This document shows, piece after piece, positions 6,691 through 12,370 of a stretch of 12,370 nucleotides of DNA (position 1 is the stretch's first letter; every line of letters begins with the position of its first letter). The translations under genes were made by a program, and so were the position numbers. The DNA comes from Elainellaceae cyanobacterium (GTDB lineage Bacteria; Cyanobacteriota; Cyanobacteriia; CAZCXK01), in contig JBNPEG010000119.1 in NCBI GenBank assembly GCA_051117555.1, forward strand, positions 1-12,370, read 5' to 3'. The notes below the pieces were generated by a model. It searched no databases. It was not told the origin of the DNA and saw only the letters and a list, made by a program, of their open reading frames with translations.

Positions 6691-6804
6691 GTAGGGGCGT
6701 TTATCCAAGCGCCCAATGCAAAGACAGACAATAGTCCAACCTTGCACTGGGCGAGCGACGTGCTCAACAGGAGCCCTTGCGCAACACGGATGCTGCACCC
6801 CTGC
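6691..6804. repeat. Inverted pair of GTAG-family REP-like palindromes (BIME-like)
   Basis: GTAG-G-GGGCGTTT-atcc-AAGCGCCC-type hairpin on + (6691-6714); GCAGGG-GTGCAGCA-tccg-TGTTGCGC on - (6779-6804). Confidence 0.55.
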
Positions 6805-6828
6805 GGCTAGAAATTCTTAATTTCTGCC
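6805..6828 (-). terminator. Hairpin just downstream of proX
   Basis: Minus strand GGCAGAAATT-aag-AATTTCT-a-GCC, 12 nt after the proX stop; no U-tract. Confidence 0.35.
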
Positions 6829-6840
6829 CACGTGTTGCAA

Positions 6841-7917
6841 CTATTCAGCAGCCGATCGCGCGTCTTCAACCCAGCTATCAAACTGGTCTTGGTTCTCCGA
6901 GATCCATTCTTCAGCGTGACGGCGGATATCTTCAGGGGTATCTTCTCCATCGCGCATCAGTTGATTTTGAGCGTTGATATCCTCAATGGGGATTGTAACT
7001 AGCTCAAAAAGCCGATTGGCTGCCGGATTGTCAGCAATAAACTGATCGTTGGTCAAAATACGAATTTGATCAACTGCGAATCCAAGATTTTTACCGTCAA
7101 CAGTCGTAGCCTCTTCAGAAACATCACCCTGTTCTTTGGGCAGGTCAGTATACGGTACTTCAAGCCACCGGACATCTTCGCCAGGTTCGAGTACGCTGCT
7201 TACCCAAAGCGGTGTCCACGTGTAATAGAGAATCGGTTCGCCCTGTTCGTAGCGAGTGATGGTATCTGCCATTATGGCAAAGTACTGTCCTTGGTCATGC
7301 TGGACGGTATCTTGCAGATTGTAGGCATCAAGGTGGTGTTCGATCACCAGCTCACATCCCCACCCGGGGTTGCAGCCCGTTAGATTTGCTTGCCCATCGC
7401 CATCGGTGTCAAACAGTTCTGCAATCTTTGGATCTTGAAGCTGATCGAGCGTGGTGATGTCATATTCTTCGGCGGTTGCTTGGTCAATGGAATAGCCCTG
7501 CAACGCATCGGCCACAATCACGCCTTTGCGTTCGAGCTGCTCGTCACCGCCGCTATTTTCAAAAAAGTCATTGTGCAATTGTTCCCAATGCACGGCTGTG
7601 TAGTCGATACCGCCATTCGCCAAGTCAACGTGCATGGTGGCATATTCAATTTCTTTACCGTCTTCAACCGTGTAACCAAGCTGCTCTAACCCGATGTTTA
7701 CAATTTCGGTTTGAAACATCTCTTCTAACACGCTGAAGGCCGGAGTAACGGTGGCTCCTTCACCAGGCATGGCTTGAGTCGTTTGTTCGGCTTCAGTGTC
7801 AGGAGCAGTCGCTTCTGGGGTGGGTGATCCACAGGCAGAAAGCCCTGCTAAACCAAGCGTTAGAGCAGTTACAGACGCAATGTGCTTAATGTTAAGTGTC
7901 ATGATATTTCGTTCCAT
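6841..7917 (-). CDS. proX: Glycine betaine/L-proline ABC transporter substrate-binding lipoprotein
   Basis: Lipobox LSA-C. AVHW, GCNPGWGCE and YYTWTP supply the three Trp residues of the E. coli ProX aromatic box. Alternative start at 7902. Confidence 0.93.
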   Translation of the reverse strand: MERNIMTLNIKHIASVTALTLGLAGLSACGSPTPEATAPDTEAEQTTQAMPGEGATVTPAFSVLEEMFQTEIVNIGLEQLGYTVEDGKEIEYATMHVDLANGGIDYTAVHWEQLHNDFFENSGGDEQLERKGVIVADALQGYSIDQATAEEYDITTLDQLQDPKIAELFDTDGDGQANLTGCNPGWGCELVIEHHLDAYNLQDTVQHDQGQYFAIMADTITRYEQGEPILYYTWTPLWVSSVLEPGEDVRWLEVPYTDLPKEQGDVSEEATTVDGKNLGFAVDQIRILTNDQFIADNPAANRLFELVTIPIEDINAQNQLMRDGEDTPEDIRRHAEEWISENQDQFDSWVEDARSAAE

Positions 7918-8005
7918 GTCTTTAATTCGTCAATTTTTCGATACGTCGATTTAAAGCATCGTTTGATAAACTCTGATTCGTGATTGACCTCATCAGCACT
8001 CAAAC

Positions 8006-8959
8006 TTATTGGGCAGCAGCCTTTCGAGATTTCAGCCATTGCATCAATAATCCTAAAGGTCCGCGTTCGTCCCAGGCGGGTCTTTCTTGGGGAGGTTTGC
8101 CGATCGCATGGGTAATACGATCGAGCACGATCGCCATTAATACGATGCCAATGCCGCCAACGGCAGCCAACCCGACATCGAGCCGTCCGATGCCTCGATT
8201 TACCATTTGCCCCAATCCCTCGACCGCAATCAACGAGGCAATCACCACCATCGACAGCGCCAGCATAATCGACTGGTTGACCCCGGCTAAAATTGTGGGC
8301 ATTGCCAAAGGGACTTGCGCTTCCAATAGCACCTGCCGAGGCGTTGAGCCAAATGCTAGAGCCGCCTCGACCACCTCCCCTGATACTTGTCGAATCCCAA
8401 TATTGGTCAGACGAATTAAGGGAGGAACCGCAAAAATAAATGTCACGATTACGCCTGGAACTTTCCCTGTCCCGAATAGCATCACCACCGGAACGAGATA
8501 GACAAAGGCAGGCAGCGTCTGCATCGCATCCAGCAAGGGACGAATAATTTGCTCAAATCGCTGACTACGAGCAGCCCAAATGCCCAGTGGAATCCCTATT
8601 ATTGTGCAAAGCACCACAGCCGTCATCACGAGAGCCAGGGTAATCATTGACTCGCGCCACGCGCCCATTAACCCGGTGATAAACATGGCGACTACGCTAA
8701 AAACAGCAATTCTGCGACTTGCGAGTTGCCATGCGAGCAGACCCAAGACAATGAGAAACACAATTGGCGGAATCGCCAAAAAGAAGTCTTCAATGCCTTG
8801 AAGGATTTGGGCAATAGGCCAACGAATCAGTTGAAAAATCCAGCGAAAGTTATCAACAATCCAGCGAACGGCGGTTTCAATCCAGGCACCGATTGGAATC
8901 AGCTCAACTGACTCGCCATCTAAAAACCAAGCATTAAAATTTGAAATCCAGGTATCCAT
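8006..8959 (-). CDS. proW: Glycine betaine/L-proline ABC transporter permease
   Basis: IRPLLDAMQTLPAFVYLVP, EAA loop (VVEAALAFG) and AGVNQSIMLALSMVVIAS. Confidence 0.95.
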   Translation of the reverse strand: MDTWISNFNAWFLDGESVELIPIGAWIETAVRWIVDNFRWIFQLIRWPIAQILQGIEDFFLAIPPIVFLIVLGLLAWQLASRRIAVFSVVAMFITGLMGAWRESMITLALVMTAVVLCTIIGIPLGIWAARSQRFEQIIRPLLDAMQTLPAFVYLVPVVMLFGTGKVPGVIVTFIFAVPPLIRLTNIGIRQVSGEVVEAALAFGSTPRQVLLEAQVPLAMPTILAGVNQSIMLALSMVVIASLIAVEGLGQMVNRGIGRLDVGLAAVGGIGIVLMAIVLDRITHAIGKPPQERPAWDERGPLGLLMQWLKSRKAAAQ

Positions 8960-9053
8960 GATGTAGATGAATTTGGAGAACTCGAATCCAAAATGGGATT
9001 AAAATCGGAAATCGCAACCAATTTACCGTAGCGGCGCTAGAGTCACCCCTAAC

Positions 9054-10292
9054 TTATACCGCAATCTGTGGCTGGGGCTGAAGGGGCGTTTCGTTGGAGG
9101 GTTGACTCAGGCGGCCAATGCTAGCAAAGATATCGGACTGTTCCACTACGCCCTTAAACGTGCCGTCATGCCCGACGACCGCAAGCGGAATGCCCATCTG
9201 ACAAAGATGGCAGATTTCTTCCAGGCTGGTTGTCGCGTCGACTTGGGGAAAATCAGTTTGCATGACGCGAGTGACATCTTCTTCATCCTGCTCAATTGCC
9301 TGCTGGAGTCGAGATTCATCAATGAGTCCAACGGGTTTGCCCAACCGATCAACGACGTAGATTTTGTCTCGCTGGTGAACCCGGATTTGCTCGAGTGCAG
9401 CTTTGACAGAATCACGCCCCAAAATCACAGGTACCGTTTTGCGAGTGATAGATCCGACCTTAAGCACCTGTGCTCGATTGACATCTTGAGTAAAGTCGCG
9501 GATATAGTCATCGGCAGGGTTGGTGATTAGTTCTTCTGGAGTCCCAATCTGAACGACATACCCGTCTTTCATAATGGCGACGCGATCGCCAATTTTGAGA
9601 GCTTCTTGAATGTCGTGACTGATGAACACAATCGTTTTTTGGAGCTCATTTTGCAGACGAATCAGCTCATCTTGCATTCCCCGGCGAATCAGAGGATCGA
9701 GTGCTCCAAAGGCTTCATCCATCAACAAAATGGGGGCATCAGTTGCCAAGGCGCGAGCTAATCCCACCCGCTGTTGCATCCCTCCGCTTAAGGAAGACGG
9801 AGTATAGTCTGCCCACTTTCGCAGACCTACGACTTCGAGCGTGTTGAGAGCTTTCTCGCGACGTTCATCGTGAGGAACGCCCTGCACCTTAAGACCGTAC
9901 TCCACATTTTCAGCAACAGACTTGTGAGGAAATAGCCCAAATCTTTGAAACACCATTGCAATCTTTGAGCGCCGAATTTCTCGCAGTCGCGCTTCAGAGA
10001 CGTGGGCGATGTCTTCCTCATCGACAAAGATATGCCCACTCGTCGGCTCGATCAACCGATTGACGCACCGCACCAGCGTGGACTTGCCCGAACCGGACAA
10101 TCCCATGATTACGAATAGCTCGCCTTCATTGACTGAAAACGAAACGTCGGCAACCCCTAACACATGTCCGGTTTCCTGAAGAATAACGTCTCGTGATTTG
10201 CCTTCCCGAAATAGCGTCAGTACTTGACGTGGATGATTCCCATAGATTTTGATGAGATTCTCGATTCGAATTTTGGGTTGCGAGTCGGGCAT
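9054..10292 (-). CDS. proV: Glycine betaine/L-proline ABC transporter ATPase with C-terminal CBS pair
   Basis: Walker A GLSGSGKS, signature LSGGMQQRV, Walker B LLMDE and ALDPLIR. GGAG RBS at 10299-10302 on the minus strand. Confidence 0.95.
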   Translation of the reverse strand: MPDSQPKIRIENLIKIYGNHPRQVLTLFREGKSRDVILQETGHVLGVADVSFSVNEGELFVIMGLSGSGKSTLVRCVNRLIEPTSGHIFVDEEDIAHVSEARLREIRRSKIAMVFQRFGLFPHKSVAENVEYGLKVQGVPHDERREKALNTLEVVGLRKWADYTPSSLSGGMQQRVGLARALATDAPILLMDEAFGALDPLIRRGMQDELIRLQNELQKTIVFISHDIQEALKIGDRVAIMKDGYVVQIGTPEELITNPADDYIRDFTQDVNRAQVLKVGSITRKTVPVILGRDSVKAALEQIRVHQRDKIYVVDRLGKPVGLIDESRLQQAIEQDEEDVTRVMQTDFPQVDATTSLEEICHLCQMGIPLAVVGHDGTFKGVVEQSDIFASIGRLSQPSNETPLQPQPQIAV

Positions 10293-10586
10293 TTGAAGCT
10301 CCAGACAATGTTCAACAACACTCTCTCTGTTGCAAAGAGAATGCGATCGCCAAAATAGCAGTCAATTGAGAGAATTTTTATTTCGATTGAGCATTCATAC
10401 AATTATCTAGAATAAAAGCTCAACGGACTGGGTAAACTGTGTCACCCAAAGCAAGCAAACACTAAAAAATCGAAACGATTGAAGCTAATTTAAATGACGC
10501 TATATCGTTTCCATCCGCTGTTTCGATCAGCAGTTTAGAAGCTTCTATCTGCGATTTTGGGCACTCAAATTTACAGGCGATCACAT

Positions 10587-10623
10587 GAGAACGCATCCTC
10601 GGCGCACCGGGATGCTCTTTCTC
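10587..10623. terminator. GC-rich stem-loop between the putP-like gene and proV
   Basis: gcatcc-t-cgg-(cgca)-ccg-ggatgc (10593-10615) with an outer gagaa/ttctc stem. Confidence 0.45.
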
Positions 10624-10743
10624 TCTGCACCAATTCTACCGTAGTTTCTATCGCTAAGTATAGGTCTTGAGGGGGAGCTTGTTTTCATCGCAAATCGTCA
10701 GTTTGCCGTCACAGAATAGGAGTGTTTGAAAGTCAGGAGTTTC

Positions 10744-12174
10744 TTAAACACGGGCCTCATCCTCCGGCTTTTTCTGAATAAATAGTTGACTGATCAAATA
10801 CACTAAAGTACTTGCAAGCATGCCGGGTAGCACTTCGTATATATCTCCAGAAAGGTGCAGCCCAACTCGCCATATCAGGGCAGTCGCAATGCCCGCCATC
10901 ATCATGGCGATCGCCACTTTGGGATTAACGGGTAATTGAAACACGCGAACCACCATCAAGGGGCCTAGACTTGCCGCTAATGCTGCCCACGAAAATGTCA
11001 CCATCACAAACACATTGTCGGTACTCAGGAGAGCAATTACGAGAATGATCGCTGCTGTTGCTAGCGTCCCCACCTTGGCAAGCGTATATGACTTCGACGC
11101 TTGAGGAAAAATGTCTTGGGTCAGCGCGGCTGAGCAGGATAGGAGTTGAGCGTCTGCGGTTGAAATCGTAGCAGAGAATAGACCCACCAGAACTAACCCC
11201 ACCAGGAACGCCGGCAATAGCGTAGCGGCAAGTTCAGGTAATGCCAGTTCAACGTCTCCTCCGGCTCCGAGTTCGGGCAGCAAGACTCTAGAGGTTAACC
11301 CTACAATCGTTGCGGCAATTGAGAATAGAGCGTTAAACAGGACGTAGACGTTTCGGGCATCGCCCACCCGTTCGGCGGATTCGATCGCCATGGCTCTGAC
11401 CATGATATGCGGCTGACCCACGACTCCAAATCCGGCGATCGTCCACGCCAGCACAAACGGCACGACTCCGAACTTCAGATCAGGTGGAAAAAGCCCAGTC
11501 AGAGACGGATCGATGGTATTAAGCTGACTCCATAGTTCACTCAGCCCGCCACTGGAAACAATTGCAACAACCGACAGCAAGAGCATGGAGCCCATCATCA
11601 AAATCGACTGCACCGAGCCAACCCAGATCGATGCGCGAATTCCTCCAGATACACAGTAAATCGTGACAATCACTGCGCCAAAGATAACGCCAATCGACGA
11701 ATCCCAATTGAATAGAACCGTCAAAGCTTTGCTTCCAGCTTGTAACTGTGCGGCTGCATAGGAGCCCAAGAAGGACAGCGTGACTAGCGCAGCCGTAATA
11801 GTAATCCACCGCCCACCCTGCATTTTTTGCCCCAGGAATGCCGGAATAGTCTCAGAGTCAGTTTTTTCTGAAACGTCTCGCAACCGACGATGCACCGACA
11901 GCCATGCGAGACCATCACCGACGATGTAGCCAATCGTTAGCCAGATGGCAGACAGTCCAAATTGATAGGTAAACCCAATCAAGCCGATAAACATAAAACC
12001 GCTATTTCCGGTTGCGACGGCAGATAGCGCAGTTAACCACGGGCTGACTCCTCGACTCGCGAGCAGGTAGTCTTCCGTAGTACTTTTTTTGCGAGTGCCA
12101 GAATAGATTCCAACTCCGACGAATAATGCGATGAATGTTAGGAAAGTAATTGAAATGGGTACTTGGTCTGTCAT
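10744..12174 (-). CDS. putP: Sodium:solute symporter, PutP-like (sodium/proline)
   Basis: Many hydrophobic helices; DYLLASR, LSAVAT..SGFMFIGL, GQPHI.VR.MA and SA..STAD.QLL motifs of the SSS family. Start placed at ATG 12174 (MTDQ); GTG 12195 is an alternative. The substrate is inferred. Confidence 0.85.
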   Translation of the reverse strand: MTDQVPISITFLTFIALFVGVGIYSGTRKKSTTEDYLLASRGVSPWLTALSAVATGNSGFMFIGLIGFTYQFGLSAIWLTIGYIVGDGLAWLSVHRRLRDVSEKTDSETIPAFLGQKMQGGRWITITAALVTLSFLGSYAAAQLQAGSKALTVLFNWDSSIGVIFGAVIVTIYCVSGGIRASIWVGSVQSILMMGSMLLLSVVAIVSSGGLSELWSQLNTIDPSLTGLFPPDLKFGVVPFVLAWTIAGFGVVGQPHIMVRAMAIESAERVGDARNVYVLFNALFSIAATIVGLTSRVLLPELGAGGDVELALPELAATLLPAFLVGLVLVGLFSATISTADAQLLSCSAALTQDIFPQASKSYTLAKVGTLATAAIILVIALLSTDNVFVMVTFSWAALAASLGPLMVVRVFQLPVNPKVAIAMMMAGIATALIWRVGLHLSGDIYEVLPGMLASTLVYLISQLFIQKKPEDEARV

Positions 12175-12280
12175 GCCATAAGCTTTCGTGGGCACTCTGT
12201 CCGCAGAGCGCTTTATATTTCTTCATGGTATCAGGTGATACTACCGATCTGTTAGGAGTGGTTTTCACCGCCATGATGTC

Positions 12281-12301
12281 GGCGGAAGGCAGAAGGCAGA
12301 A
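12281..12301. repeat. Heptamer short tandem repeat GGCAGAA
   Basis: ggcggaa ggcagaa ggcagaa. Confidence 0.7.
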
Positions 12302-12358
12302 GTAGGGTGCTGTATAGCCTTTCAGGCATGGCTACGCTAAAGCGCTAGCTAACGCACC
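12302..12358 (+). repeat. GTAG-REP-like palindrome with nested internal palindromes
   Basis: GTAG-GGTGC ... GCACC outer stem enclosing gcct-ttc-aggc and gcta-cgct-aa-agcg-c-tagc. Confidence 0.55.
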
Positions 12359-12370
12359 GTTGTGACAGTG

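Larger units (their letters stand above)
1346..10914. repeat. HIP1 octamer GCGATCGC, dispersed copies
   Basis: Manual scan found copies starting at 1346, 1628, 1874, 2236, 2612, 3088, 4049, 4144, 4767, 5279, 5362, 5895, 5966, 6346, 9582, 10343 and 10907. HIP1 over-representation is a cyanobacterial hallmark. Confidence 0.9.

Noticed and set aside
6451..6798. 115-aa minus-strand ORF
   Set aside because: Antisense to HU, spans REP-like palindromes and has no recognisable motif.
7980..8501. 173-aa plus-strand ORF
   Set aside because: Antisense shadow of the hydrophobic proW gene.
10717..10734. TAGGAGTGTTTGAAAGTC as an IS5-like terminal repeat
   Set aside because: No partner end or duplication found; it is better explained as a hairpin arm at the putP stop.

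Overview
Chromosomal window of a cyanobacterium (about 17 HIP1 GCGATCGC sites by manual count, plus heptamer STRR-type and GTAG-REP-like repeats). Left to right: the 3' end of an IS110-family transposase, whose right end finishes in the IS621-type donor motif ACAGTATCT; an exported M48 metalloprotease with a long hyperacidic insert; a frameshifted TM2/NINE membrane-protein gene; ndhV (DUF2996) with a TTPAS repeat expansion; a DUF3500 Tat-lipoprotein candidate; a 130-bp MITE with IS256-like inverted repeats and a 7-bp target duplication over the stop codon of a PHP-domain gene; HU; and a HIP1-poor compatible-solute uptake cluster (putP-like symporter, proV, proW, proX). No CRISPR, rRNA or tRNA was seen. 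The best leads for novelty are the small mobile DNAs: the IS110 end sitting at a REP-like CTAC site, and the MITE that folds best on one strand.
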